This document shows positions 47,610 to 57,292 of a DNA stretch of 64,000 nucleotides, in pieces. The translations under genes and the position numbers were made by a program. The DNA lies in NCBI GenBank assembly GCA_963675785.1, contig OY776562.1, forward strand, positions 2,528,001-2,592,000. The letters run 5' to 3'. The notes beneath the pieces are model-generated. The model saw only the letters and a list, made by a program, of their open reading frames with translations, was not told the DNA's origin and searched no databases. How positions within the stretch are numbered: position 1 is the first letter of the stretch; each line of letters opens with the position of its first letter. This DNA comes from Anaerolineae bacterium (GTDB lineage: Bacteria; Chloroflexota; Anaerolineae; UBA1429).

Positions 47610-48776
47610 TTACCTGGCGTACGGATCGGCGGCATCGCGCAAGCCATCACCCAAAAAGTTGAAACAGAGGACGGCTATTACGACGAACAAACCGGGCAAC
47701 AAAACCCATGGAGCCAGAACCACCGAACGCAAGTTCTGGGATTCCTGTAGTAACACACCCCAACTAATAGCAGGTGCACGCAATCCCAGGCCGATAAAAC
47801 TCAAACCCGTCTCGCCGATGATCATGCTCGGAATAGCAAGTGTCAGATTAGCGATAATATAGCTCATAAACGATGGAACCATATGCCGCCAGATTATCCG
47901 CCACTCGCTTGATCCAGCAAGTGAAGCTGCCATAACAAAGTCTTCCTCACGCAAGGCCAAAAAGCGCCCGCGAACCACTCGAGCCAAACCAGTCCAGCTA
48001 ATCAAGGAGAGAATGATGGTAATACCAAAATACACCTTGATGACTGGCCAGTCAGCGGGCAACGCAGCGCTCAAAGCCATCCACAGCGGGATCGTGGGAA
48101 TGGAACGGATAAACTCGATAAGACGCTGGATCAGGTTATCAAGCCAGCCGCCATAGTAACCAGAAAGGCCGCCTAGCATGATTCCCAAAATCAGGCTGAT
48201 AAAGACACCGATCAGACCGATGGACAGGGACAATCTTGAACCATATATAACGCGCGAGAACAAGTCTCGTCCAAGACGATCGGCGCCTAACACGAATATG
48301 CCCTGTTCAGCTTGTTCGACCCTGAGGCCAAACAAATGGGTGTCCATCTCAATCAGGCCCCAGAGCTCGTAAGAGGTACCGGGCGAGAAGAGATCGATTG
48401 TGTAACGGATCGATGTGTTCTCAGTATAGATGCTCCGCAGCGTTTCTGGATCACGAGTACGGTCGATCGAGTAAACGAACGGCCAATGAATATTACCGTC
48501 CTCATCAAAAATGTGAATATTAGTCGGCGGACACAGTTTGTACTGAGGGAAAAACTGCTCCGGGTCATACGGTGCCACAAATTCACAAAGAACCGGGCCA
48601 GCCAGATACATGATGATTAAAATCACAAGAGAAATCACGGCCAACTTGTGCTTTTTAAAACGCCAGCGCATCAGCTGTCCTGCTGTAGCGACGTATATCT
48701 TTTCTTCACCGCTTGCTACATCTTGCAGTGAGTCTTCGAGCTCTATATCCCGCAGATCTTTCATGTCAGATGTCAT
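47610..48776 (-). CDS. Opp/Dpp-family ABC permease (OppC-like)
   Basis: 'LGADRLGRD','EEDFVMAA..AG','SWG.LL','GDGLRDAADP'. Confidence 0.93.
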   Translation of the reverse strand: MTSDMKDLRDIELEDSLQDVASGEEKIYVATAGQLMRWRFKKHKLAVISLVILIIMYLAGPVLCEFVAPYDPEQFFPQYKLCPPTNIHIFDEDGNIHWPFVYSIDRTRDPETLRSIYTENTSIRYTIDLFSPGTSYELWGLIEMDTHLFGLRVEQAEQGIFVLGADRLGRDLFSRVIYGSRLSLSIGLIGVFISLILGIMLGGLSGYYGGWLDNLIQRLIEFIRSIPTIPLWMALSAALPADWPVIKVYFGITIILSLISWTGLARVVRGRFLALREEDFVMAASLAGSSEWRIIWRHMVPSFMSYIIANLTLAIPSMIIGETGLSFIGLGLRAPAISWGVLLQESQNLRSVVLAPWVLLPGLFVVIAVLCFNFLGDGLRDAADPYAR

Positions 48777-48781
48777 TTGTC

Positions 48782-49771
48782 TTACCTCGAGATACGAATA
48801 CGCGGATCGACAATCGCCAGCAGGATGTCAGAGAACAGTGTTCCTATGACCGTCAGCGTACTCAGCAAGAGAATAAAGCTTCCTGCCAGGTACATGTCCT
48901 GCGAGGTCAACGCTCTCAACATCATCGGGCCCGTCGTTTGCAGACTCAACACAACTGCCACCAGCGTCGTGCCGGAGATCAGGTTCGCCAACGACCAACC
49001 CAATGTGCTAAAGAACGGGTTCATGGACACGCGTACCGGATACTTCCAGATCAGCTTGCGCTCTTTGACACCCTTGGCCCGCGCCGTCTCGACATAAGGC
49101 TTGTTCAATTCGTCCAACAGGTTGGCACGCGTTGTACGAATGGTCCCCGCTGTGCTGTTGAACAACAGTACGACAACAGGTATCCACATGTGCTGTAACA
49201 AATCCACAGCCTTTGCCCAGGACCATGGCGCCAGGATGAACTCTTCCGAGAACAGGCCTCCCACATTCAGCCCAAGCTGTGACATCGCAAACCACATCAC
49301 CAGCAGGGCAATCAAAAAGCCCGGCGTTCCTACTCCTACAAAACTGATAAAAGTCATAAAGTAGTCCAGGAACGAGTATTGGTGTGTGGCCGAGTAAACA
49401 CCCACTGGTATCGCAATAAACCAGCTCAAGATCATGGTCGTCGCCGAAAGCGCTACCGTCAAGCCCAGGCGCTCCCAGATCAGATCCTTTACCGGCTTTT
49501 GCCACTCCATCGACTGTCCCCAGTCGCCTCGCAGTAGAATGCCGCTGATCCATTTGTAGTACTGCACATAGACCGGCTGGCCCAGTCCATAACGGGCCTC
49601 TAGCGCTGCGATTTCTTCCGCGTCAATGTCTTCGCCTTCCATACGCAGCTGGGCCACATAGGAGGTCAAATAATCGCCGGGCGGTAGCTGGATGACCACG
49701 AAGGAGATGATCGAGATGACGATCAACGTCGGGATCATGTACAAAACGCGCTTTAAAATATAACCAAACAT
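48782..49771 (-). CDS. Opp/Dpp-family ABC permease (OppB-like), copy 1
   Basis: 'PPGD','YVETARAKG','DPRIR'. Confidence 0.93.
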   Translation of the reverse strand: MFGYILKRVLYMIPTLIVISIISFVVIQLPPGDYLTSYVAQLRMEGEDIDAEEIAALEARYGLGQPVYVQYYKWISGILLRGDWGQSMEWQKPVKDLIWERLGLTVALSATTMILSWFIAIPVGVYSATHQYSFLDYFMTFISFVGVGTPGFLIALLVMWFAMSQLGLNVGGLFSEEFILAPWSWAKAVDLLQHMWIPVVVLLFNSTAGTIRTTRANLLDELNKPYVETARAKGVKERKLIWKYPVRVSMNPFFSTLGWSLANLISGTTLVAVVLSLQTTGPMMLRALTSQDMYLAGSFILLLSTLTVIGTLFSDILLAIVDPRIRISR

Positions 49772-49857
49772 TCAACCCTCCACATTCTTACGCTATGCGC
49801 AGTGGTCTCAACCAAACTGCGCCAAGTTCAGCGTTAGGATTGTCTCCTAGTCGGACT

Positions 49858-50901
49858 CTAATGCTTTTCTGTTCGTCCCATCACGCCCATCAGACGCAGT
49901 TCTTCAGCACGATGGCAGGCCACAAAGTGATCCGTTTTGAGTTCACGAAGCTTGGGCTCTTCCATACGACACTTGTCTACTGCGTAACGGCAACGTGGAT
50001 GGAAATAACATCCGCTGGGGGGATTAGCCGGATTAGCAACTTCACCCTCCAGCACCAGTGGCTCTGTGTGGTTACGAGGATCAGGACGTGGAACAGCCGA
50101 CAGAAGAGCTTCTGTATAAGGATGCATGGGGTTGACGTAAAGTTCTTCAGTAGTGGCGCTTTCAACTAGCTTGCCAACATACATAACGGCCACGCGGTCG
50201 CTGATGTGCTCAACAACAGAGAGATCATGAGCGACAAACAGATAAGTAAGGCCAAACTCTTCCTGCAAGTCCTGGAGCAGGTTAAGTACCTGAGCCTGAA
50301 CAGAAACATCCAAGGCTGACACAGGCTCATCGCAGACGACTAACTTGGGGTTTGTTGCCAGCGCACGAGCAATACCAATTCTCTGGCGCTGACCACCGCT
50401 AAAGGCGTGCGGATACCGAACAAGATACTCTGGCCGCAGGCCCACAACCCGCAGCAGTTCGGAGACGCGATCCTCTAACTCCTGACCCTTACAGATGCCA
50501 TTCACCAACAAAGGCTCGCCCACAATCGAGAGCAGCGTCATACGAGGGTTCAGTGATGAATATGGATCTTGAAAGATCATTTGTGCGTTGGCACGAATCG
50601 ACTTGAGCTCTTCCCTATCAAGCTTGGCAATATCGACAAGTCCTAGTTCTGGATCCTTGAACCAGATCTCGCCAGCTGTAGGTTCATACGCCCGCAAGAT
50701 TGTACGACCAGTGGTCGTCTTTCCGCATCCGCTTTCCCCTACAAGACCCAGTGTTTCCCCTTCACGAACAAAGAGATTAACCCCGTCAACGGCTTTGACA
50801 TTGCCAACCGTTCGCGAGAAAAATCCCTTCTTGATGGGGAACCACTTTCTCAAGTCTTTGACTTCGAGTAGTACGTTCTCATCATGAAGCTGTTCCGGCA
50901 T
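49858..50901 (-). CDS. Opp/Dpp-family ABC ATPase (OppF-like)
   Basis: 'VKAVDGV','GESGCGKTT','[12 protein letters not shown]','[14 protein letters not shown]'. Confidence 0.93.
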   Translation of the reverse strand: MPEQLHDENVLLEVKDLRKWFPIKKGFFSRTVGNVKAVDGVNLFVREGETLGLVGESGCGKTTTGRTILRAYEPTAGEIWFKDPELGLVDIAKLDREELKSIRANAQMIFQDPYSSLNPRMTLLSIVGEPLLVNGICKGQELEDRVSELLRVVGLRPEYLVRYPHAFSGGQRQRIGIARALATNPKLVVCDEPVSALDVSVQAQVLNLLQDLQEEFGLTYLFVAHDLSVVEHISDRVAVMYVGKLVESATTEELYVNPMHPYTEALLSAVPRPDPRNHTEPLVLEGEVANPANPPSGCYFHPRCRYAVDKCRMEEPKLRELKTDHFVACHRAEELRLMGVMGRTEKH

Positions 50902-51040
50902 CCTCTCCCTCTCCTTACGTAGTGAGACTACGGTGTAACGGTAATCCCTGCCAGCAAACCGGCGCGAAACGGCTCGCCAACAACGGAGAACAAAATAGGG
51001 TCAAGAACAACAAGGCGCAAATCCATTCGAGAGGGTCGAT

Positions 51041-51084
51041 AAAAAACAAACGGCGCAAAGGCATAGTTTGCCTTCTCGCCGTTT
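51041..51084 (-). terminator. Intrinsic terminator inside the 5' leader of the Opp operon
   Basis: Minus strand AAACGGCGAGAAGGCA-AACTA-TGCCTTTGCGCCGTTT-GTTTTTT. Confidence 0.75.
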
Positions 51085-51091
51085 CTAACAG

Positions 51092-51166
51092 CTAACGCCA
51101 CCCTGCATCGAAAGAGAACCGATCTACAATCGAGGCTCGTCCTCGCGCCTTGTTCAGAGATCCCAC
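51092..51166 (-). CDS. Putative 24-aa leader peptide MGSLNKARGRASIVDRFSFDAGWR
   Basis: TAAGGAG SD 7 nt before GTG, immediately after a consensus promoter, stop 7 nt before the terminator stem. Confidence 0.45.
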   Translation of the reverse strand: MGSLNKARGRASIVDRFSFDAGWR

Positions 51167-51195
51167 AAAATCTCTCCTTAACCCCCAATGCAGCG

Positions 51196-51224
51196 ATTAT
51201 AGAACCTTCAAAAGCGACTGTCAA
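51196..51224 (-). promoter_or_regulatory. Perfect-consensus sigma70 promoter
   Basis: TTGACA (51224-51219)-17 nt-TATAAT (51201-51196) on minus strand. Confidence 0.85.
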
Positions 51225-51560
51225 AAAGCGTTTGAATTCTCTGAACCGCGTCTGAATATTCTCAGAAACGCCTGACAGTATGCTCCTAGCATCGCCGCCA
51301 AAATACCAAATTAGCACATTATCTGGGCAACCTACTCGTGATACAATCAACAACGAGCTTATGCCCTGTCACTATCATATTGGGTAGATCGACTAGATAG
51401 CACACATACAATCGTCGTCCACTGTTCGTCTTGATTTCCCGACACAACCGAGCCAAATCATCAGTACGCCCAGTTGCGAATTGAACGCGTAAAGAACATG
51501 CTTTTGCCTACATTATGACAATAGTAAACAGCATGCAACCTCTGGACACCCAAACTAGGG

Positions 51561-51866
51561 TTATACGCGAGGTGCAATAATCACAACATACTTGAGGTTG
51601 CTATCGCCTGTGTTTACGAGTCCATGCTCAATCGCAGCGTCCAATATGATGGCTTCACCTGCTGCTAGGTCAATGCTCTCATCTGGCATCTCGACGCGTC
51701 CATTACCTTCTAGCGCCAAGAAACATTCTGTTCCCTGATGTTTGTGAGGCGGATGGGCCCGAGTTCCGGGCCCAATCTCGCTAATGTGAACGGTCAGATC
51801 ATCTTTGGATGCACCGTTTGCATAGATTAAAGCCTTCAATCCCTTGGCAGTTGTCTTCTCAAACAT
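51561..51866 (-). CDS. Cupin domain protein
   Basis: 'HPPHKH..TE','LEGNG','EHGLVNTG'. Confidence 0.85.
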   Translation of the reverse strand: MFEKTTAKGLKALIYANGASKDDLTVHISEIGPGTRAHPPHKHQGTECFLALEGNGRVEMPDESIDLAAGEAIILDAAIEHGLVNTGDSNLKYVVIIAPRV

Positions 51867-51875
51867 CTTTTCCCC

Positions 51876-54113
51876 CTAGTAAGGATATTCGTACCAATCA
51901 AGAAATCCCTCAGGTCCAGCCTGGCAAGCATACACCAGGATGGAAGGGAACGTGCTAGCGAACACGCGTCCGCCCCCCATATTACCAATGACTGCACCAC
52001 TCGAATCAATGAACTTGGGTCCGCGCGGCGCTTCTACCGAGCCCTCACTCAAAGCCGCAAATACCCGCGTAGCGATCTTGAGGTATTGGGAATCTCCTGA
52101 AAACCGATAGGCATGGGTAAGTGCCTCAAGCAAGTGAGAAGTTGGAGCACTCCTGCGGAGCGATGGTAGCTCTTTGTAGTAAGGAATGCCATCGGCGCCC
52201 ATGCAATGCTCGAGCATGTCATCAACAGTTTTCAGAACAAGTTCTTTCACCCGTTCGTCATCAGCCACAAGTAGATAACGGGCAAAAGAGTTCGCAGTCA
52301 GAGAGATCATAAAAGGCACACGGGGCATACTGTGACTCGTATAGGGCGCCAGCAAACCGCCAAACTCGTCAAGCCAGGCGAGAAATAGTTCGACGATATG
52401 CTTGGCTTCATCGAGATATTGCTGTTCGCCGGTAGCCATATACATAGCTACCATGGCACGCAGAGCCCAACCACTTTCACGTACTGCTGCTTGCCCGGGC
52501 TCCAGCATCCGCGGCTCGCGTAGATGCCGCATGATATTCGCAGCCACAGAACGCGCGCCATCCAATCCTTCTTGTCGACCTGTCCAAAAATAATAGTCGA
52601 GAAAACCGTTTGTCCATTCGTGAGAAGGCGTAACGCCCCCCGTACCATGATAGGCAGTATGAATCTTGAGACCCCCGTCTATCAATGGATCCTGGCTATA
52701 ATGACACAAATCAACATCGAGCCAATGGCGCGCTGTAACCAAAGCCGAGTCCAGCATGCGGCGTTCGCCAACAAGACCGTATAGTACAGAGCACCAGTGA
52801 GGACGATCGTACTCGTTGTTTACCCAGACAGTCTCGCCACGACCTCGTCCTTGATCCGTATAATGGGCGTCGGGCGCGTCACCAAAATGCATCATCCCGA
52901 GCGCAATAGGGCGTCCGTCGTGCATGCGCTCAAAATAAGTAATGAGGCGCTTGGGAAGCTGCTCTGCAAAATAATTCTCTTGCCAGGGGTTATTATTGCG
53001 GAACCATTCGCGCGAAAGTGCGGGCCGATCAGGAAGTTGGAATTGCAGGCTGCGCGTCGATATCTCTTCCAGCGGCGTATCAGGACCGTGAAAATAGAGC
53101 TGAATACGGTGTGTCTTAGCCATACCTTGAAGCACACGAGCCGGAGGTGCAGAACGGGGATAGAGATCTACAACAATGCCCTTGGGCGTAGCCTTGAGCC
53201 GCTTGGGAAAGTTCTGATGCGCCTGATGAATAGTGGCTGCAACACCAGCACATGAATCTCGCCAATCCACCCAAAAATCGCCATAAAAACAATCAACAAA
53301 ATGTTCATTGGCTTGATAGAGCATGGTCTCATCATCGAGCGTCATCTCGACCTGCTCGTCACTAGTCTGGATATCAGTACGATAATAGCCCTGCCCTAAA
53401 GCAAGGTGTGCATCACCGCAAGCCTGGGGCTTGATCTTGAATGCAAGGCGCTCCAAGGAGATTTCACTGGCTTCTTCTGTGTTCACAAATTGATGTTCAA
53501 TCTGGATATACGGTTTGCCCGCAAAGGCCGTGATCCGTCCTGAGAATTCTAAAAACTTGCCATTTTCATCGCGATGCCAGCCACGAATAACTGCCGTAAC
53601 AAGGAGGGGTCCTTCATCCTCAAAGATTATCTCCACTGGTCCTTCAAGCGTAGAAACCTTGCGCCCATCACAGGTAATTTCAAATCCGCCCAAAGAATGT
53701 GCATCAAGAACCGCCGTACCATCCAGAGATACATCATACACCGGCGCAAAGCCAGATCGACCAATGGAAAACTGCAACGGGCCCGTATTCAGGCGGTATC
53801 CGTCGCCTGTCTCAACCACCGATATCTTTGCGGACGCTTGTTGTGGGGATTCACACATGCCAAATGCAAGTGTCTTGTCCCCATTTCCCGGAAGATCGGG
53901 CTGAAAGTGAACCAGAAGCCATTTAACGCTGCCATCTGACCAATTTGCTAACACGCGCGATTGATTTGCATAATGAACCCCTACCTCAGGATCCCAAATA
54001 TCGAGATGCCACCCCTGTGGCAAGTCCCCTTTTGCAAAGGGAATACTGACCGTCACCGGCTCTTTGATGCGATCGAATTGAGATATCTTTTCAAAATACA
54101 ACGTGCCTTGCAT
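51876..54113 (-). CDS. PL26/YetA-like exo-rhamnogalacturonan lyase family protein
   Basis: 'EPVTVSIPF..G','WSDGSVKWL','GMMHFGD','WVNNEYD','ARHWLDVD','H.W..G.LDYY..TG'; GGAGGA RBS. Confidence 0.65.
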   Translation of the reverse strand: MQGTLYFEKISQFDRIKEPVTVSIPFAKGDLPQGWHLDIWDPEVGVHYANQSRVLANWSDGSVKWLLVHFQPDLPGNGDKTLAFGMCESPQQASAKISVVETGDGYRLNTGPLQFSIGRSGFAPVYDVSLDGTAVLDAHSLGGFEITCDGRKVSTLEGPVEIIFEDEGPLLVTAVIRGWHRDENGKFLEFSGRITAFAGKPYIQIEHQFVNTEEASEISLERLAFKIKPQACGDAHLALGQGYYRTDIQTSDEQVEMTLDDETMLYQANEHFVDCFYGDFWVDWRDSCAGVAATIHQAHQNFPKRLKATPKGIVVDLYPRSAPPARVLQGMAKTHRIQLYFHGPDTPLEEISTRSLQFQLPDRPALSREWFRNNNPWQENYFAEQLPKRLITYFERMHDGRPIALGMMHFGDAPDAHYTDQGRGRGETVWVNNEYDRPHWCSVLYGLVGERRMLDSALVTARHWLDVDLCHYSQDPLIDGGLKIHTAYHGTGGVTPSHEWTNGFLDYYFWTGRQEGLDGARSVAANIMRHLREPRMLEPGQAAVRESGWALRAMVAMYMATGEQQYLDEAKHIVELFLAWLDEFGGLLAPYTSHSMPRVPFMISLTANSFARYLLVADDERVKELVLKTVDDMLEHCMGADGIPYYKELPSLRRSAPTSHLLEALTHAYRFSGDSQYLKIATRVFAALSEGSVEAPRGPKFIDSSGAVIGNMGGGRVFASTFPSILVYACQAGPEGFLDWYEYPY

Positions 54114-54191
54114 ACCGTTCTCCTCCAAACCGCTAACAATGTCTTTGCTCGCACCGGTATAACCCGAGGAAAGTCATACGTCAACACAACG

Positions 54192-54226
54192 AAAAAAGGC
54201 GAGAGCGGGCTCGCCGCTCTCGCCTT
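54192..54226 (-). terminator. Intrinsic terminator after OppB copy 2
   Basis: GGCGAGAGCGG/CCGCTCTCGCC stem with T6 on minus strand. Confidence 0.8.
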
Positions 54227-54240
54227 CCAGACAAACAAGT

Positions 54241-55230
54241 CTACCTGCTAATACGAATACGCGGATCGACAATCGCCAGCAGAATGTCAGAGAACAGTGT
54301 TCCTATGACCGTCAGCGTACTCAGCAAAAGGATAAAGCTCCCTGCCAAGTACATGTCCTGCGAGGTCAACGCTCTCAACATCATCGGGCCTATCGTCTGC
54401 AGACTCAACACAACTGCCACTAATGTCTCACCAGAGATCAGGTTTGCCAACGACCAGCCTATAGTACTAAAGAACGGGTTCATGGACACGCGTACCGGAT
54501 ACTTCCAGATCAACTTGCTCTCTTTGACACCCTTCGCCCGCGCTGTCTCGACATAAGGCTTGTTCAACTCGTCCAACAGGTTGGCACGCGTTGTACGAAT
54601 ACTCCCCGCCGTGCTGTTGAACAACAGTACGAGCACGGGTATCCACATGTGTTTCATTAGATCCACAGCCTTTGCCCAGGACCATGGCGCCAGAATGAAC
54701 TCTTCCGAGAACAGGCCTCCCACATTCAGCCCAAGCTGTGACATCGCAAACCACATCACCAGCAGGGCAATCAAAAAGCCCGGTGTACCCACTCCCATAA
54801 AGCTCAGAAACGTCATAAAGTAATCCAAGGCAGAGTATTGGTGCGTCGCCGAGTAGACACCCACCGGGATGGAGACAATCCAACTCAGTATCATGGTCGT
54901 CGTTGAGAGTGCCACCGTCAAGCCCAGGCGCTCCCAGATCAGATCCTTTACCGGCTTTTGCCACTCCATCGACTGTCCCCAGTCGCCTCGCAGTATAATA
55001 CCGCTGATCCACTTGTAGTACTGCACATAGACCGGCTGGCCCAGTCCATAACGGGCCTCTAGCGCTGCGATTTCTTCCGCGTCAATGTCTTCGCCTTCCA
55101 TACGCAGCTGGGCCACATAGGAAGTCAAATAATCGCCGGGCGGTAGCTGGATGACCACGAAGGAGATGATCGAGATGACGATCAACGTCGGGATCATGTA
55201 CAAAACGCGCTTTAAAATATAACTAAACAT
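54241..55230 (-). CDS. OppB-like permease, copy 2 (near-identical to 48782..49771)
   Basis: 329 aa; 17 aa differences from copy 1 by manual alignment. Confidence 0.93.
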   Translation of the reverse strand: MFSYILKRVLYMIPTLIVISIISFVVIQLPPGDYLTSYVAQLRMEGEDIDAEEIAALEARYGLGQPVYVQYYKWISGIILRGDWGQSMEWQKPVKDLIWERLGLTVALSTTTMILSWIVSIPVGVYSATHQYSALDYFMTFLSFMGVGTPGFLIALLVMWFAMSQLGLNVGGLFSEEFILAPWSWAKAVDLMKHMWIPVLVLLFNSTAGSIRTTRANLLDELNKPYVETARAKGVKESKLIWKYPVRVSMNPFFSTIGWSLANLISGETLVAVVLSLQTIGPMMLRALTSQDMYLAGSFILLLSTLTVIGTLFSDILLAIVDPRIRISR

Positions 55231-55435
55231 TGAAACCCCTCCCCAGCAAAAACTTTGGCTAGTATGGCAAGGGATTTGCAGCGCCTTTGATGGGCTCTAC
55301 TAAACAGGGCGGAAACGCCTCATTGCGTCCCCGCCCACTTATTCGATTGTCTTGGTAACCAGAGCAAAAGAGCAGCTTACCCTATTAGAGGATAATAGTA
55401 TTCTCTTTTTTAGAATCTTCAATAGGCCAGATGGC

Positions 55436-56455
55436 TTATTCCAGACAGGCCTCCTGCATCGTCCGAACGCGGGGGGCCAATGCGGCTCGCAGGATGTCTA
55501 GCAAAGCCCGACCAAAGATGCAAAAAACTCCCAACAGGAAAAGGAGTGCTGTGTTTAGATACATATCCTGCGAGGTAAGCGCCCGAAGCATCATTGACCC
55601 AGTAGTTTGAAGACGCAACACTACTGCAACTAATGTCCCTGAGGAAAGGTTACGCGCAAAAGAATCTGCTTCCATTTCCAGAAACTTGCCCATAGCCACA
55701 GGAAACACATAGTGCCAAAGCAGGCGAGCATTATTGACGCCCCGAGCTCTAGCAGCATCCAAGTAATCTTGCTCCATAACTTGAATTACGCTCTGACGCA
55801 TTGCCAACGTGCTATGTGCAGCACAACCCAACAGCAGAATGAGTATGGGAATCCAAATATGCCCCAGCATATCCCCCACCCTACCCCAAGACCAGGGAGC
55901 CAAGCCATACTCTTCTGAGAAAAGTCCCAAGATTTCTTGATCCAAGTACGACTTGGCATACCACATTGCTACGAGCGCCAGAAGAAAAGCAGGGATTAGG
56001 CGATTAATCTTACATATCAACGTACTCAGCTTTTCAAGAAAGGTGCCTCGATAGCAAGCTAAAGCCATTCCACATGGAAGAGCAATTAGCCAGCCAAGAA
56101 AAAGGGATGATGTTATCAGCAATACAGTGAGCCAGAATCGTTCAGAAAGGAGCCCCTGTACTGGTTCCTGCCACTCCATGGATTTTCCCCAGTCACCGTA
56201 TACAACAACCTGGCGAACCCAGGCGGCATAACGCACTACAAAGGGTTTATCTAGGGCAAAACGCTCTATGTAATCAGTAATCCAGTCTTCATAAACTTGT
56301 GTCTCCTCTGGTGGAGACTGATGAATTATGAGTACATTCTCGGAGGGCAAAAGAAAACGTCCTGGGGGAAGTTCGAGCGTAACAAAGGCAATGAAGGAAA
56401 AAGCGACTACCGAGAGGAAAACCCATAAAAGGCGTCTGAGGACATACTTGACCAC
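55436..56455 (-). CDS. OppB-like permease, copy 3 (divergent)
   Basis: 'LPPG','GDWGKSMEWQEPV','YLDAARARG','MMLRALTSQDMYL'; GTG start behind AAGGGGAG. Confidence 0.85.
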   Translation of the reverse strand: MVKYVLRRLLWVFLSVVAFSFIAFVTLELPPGRFLLPSENVLIIHQSPPEETQVYEDWITDYIERFALDKPFVVRYAAWVRQVVVYGDWGKSMEWQEPVQGLLSERFWLTVLLITSSLFLGWLIALPCGMALACYRGTFLEKLSTLICKINRLIPAFLLALVAMWYAKSYLDQEILGLFSEEYGLAPWSWGRVGDMLGHIWIPILILLLGCAAHSTLAMRQSVIQVMEQDYLDAARARGVNNARLLWHYVFPVAMGKFLEMEADSFARNLSSGTLVAVVLRLQTTGSMMLRALTSQDMYLNTALLFLLGVFCIFGRALLDILRAALAPRVRTMQEACLE

Positions 56456-56617
56456 CGCTCTTCTCCCCTTTGAGAACGCGCTGCCACCCAAACGAGCCGA
56501 CGGGAACATGGAGATGCCCCCGCCGAATCGGATCTCTTTGCTGCAGCAAGATAGACGATCGTACGATGCGTTATTCTATATTGAATTAAGTTAGGCTGTC
56601 AATGACTATGCCCTTAT

Positions 56618-57292
56618 TCAGCAATTCGCCGTTCGTACCATCAAATTAGCATATTCTCCCACCAACGGCGCCATTTGCCGAAAGCCGATCTTGCCGCCGT
56701 CCAGCAAGGGGCCGTAAGTTTGGCCATCATCCTCAAAACGGAACACCTCGAGGTCGTTAATGGCAAAGGTTACTATACCGCCGCATTTAACGAGATGAAT
56801 GTGATAGGGTGAATCGGCATCCTCCACCGAGGGAATGGGGTCGGCCCCCTGAGCCACCAGGTGAAAGCCATAGCTCTTGCGCAGATTGCAGGTATGAAAG
56901 GCCCGCTCCTCTGGCCAACGGCGCCGAAAATAAGAGACGTGCAGCGCATTGATATCACCATGATGGTACTGGTTGTACTCGCCCTCACGCTCGGCCAAGG
57001 CAGGATCAAAGATGCTCTCGCCATTCCGTCCCTTGGCGGCAAAGAAGAGGATGCACAGTCCCGGTTCACGAATCGGCCAAAAATCCCAGGTGATGCTCAC
57101 ATCGGCAGGTAATTCCTCAGGACACCAATACACGAAATTGGATTTTTGTCCCAACTCGGCCTCCAGAGCGTTCTCCATACGCAGCCGCCCGTTAGGAAAG
57201 CTAATCCTGGCCTGACCCTCTAACCGAAATCCTTTGACGTCCTGCGCGGTCGCCAGAGGATTCTCATAAACCACCTCGCCAATTTCAAACAT
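56618..57292 (-). CDS. YesU/DUF1961-family protein
   Basis: 'YENPL','NFVYWCPE','PGLCILFF','HVSYFRR','CNLRKSYGF','GKIGFRQMAP'. Confidence 0.75.
   Translation of the reverse strand: MFEIGEVVYENPLATAQDVKGFRLEGQARISFPNGRLRMENALEAELGQKSNFVYWCPEELPADVSITWDFWPIREPGLCILFFAAKGRNGESIFDPALAEREGEYNQYHHGDINALHVSYFRRRWPEERAFHTCNLRKSYGFHLVAQGADPIPSVEDADSPYHIHLVKCGGIVTFAINDLEVFRFEDDGQTYGPLLDGGKIGFRQMAPLVGEYANLMVRTANC

Larger units (their letters stand above)
48782..55230 (-). repeat. ~1-kb direct repeat pair (48782-49771 and 54241-55230)
   Basis: Long runs of identical nucleotides between the two oppB-like genes; similarity ends close to the start and stop codons. Confidence 0.9.

Noticed and set aside
49008-49553. 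181-aa alternate-frame ORF repeated at 54467-55012
   Set aside because: Its conservation is explained by the oppB duplication; no independent evidence of coding.
50951-50980. 'GCAAACC...GAAA' resembling a c-di-GMP-I riboswitch
   Set aside because: Wrong strand for oppF, and the downstream GACGCAAAG/P3 elements are missing.
50928-51353. 141-aa minus-strand ORF in the oppF upstream gap
   Set aside because: Spans the consensus promoter and terminator, has no RBS or family motif; the regulatory reading fits better.
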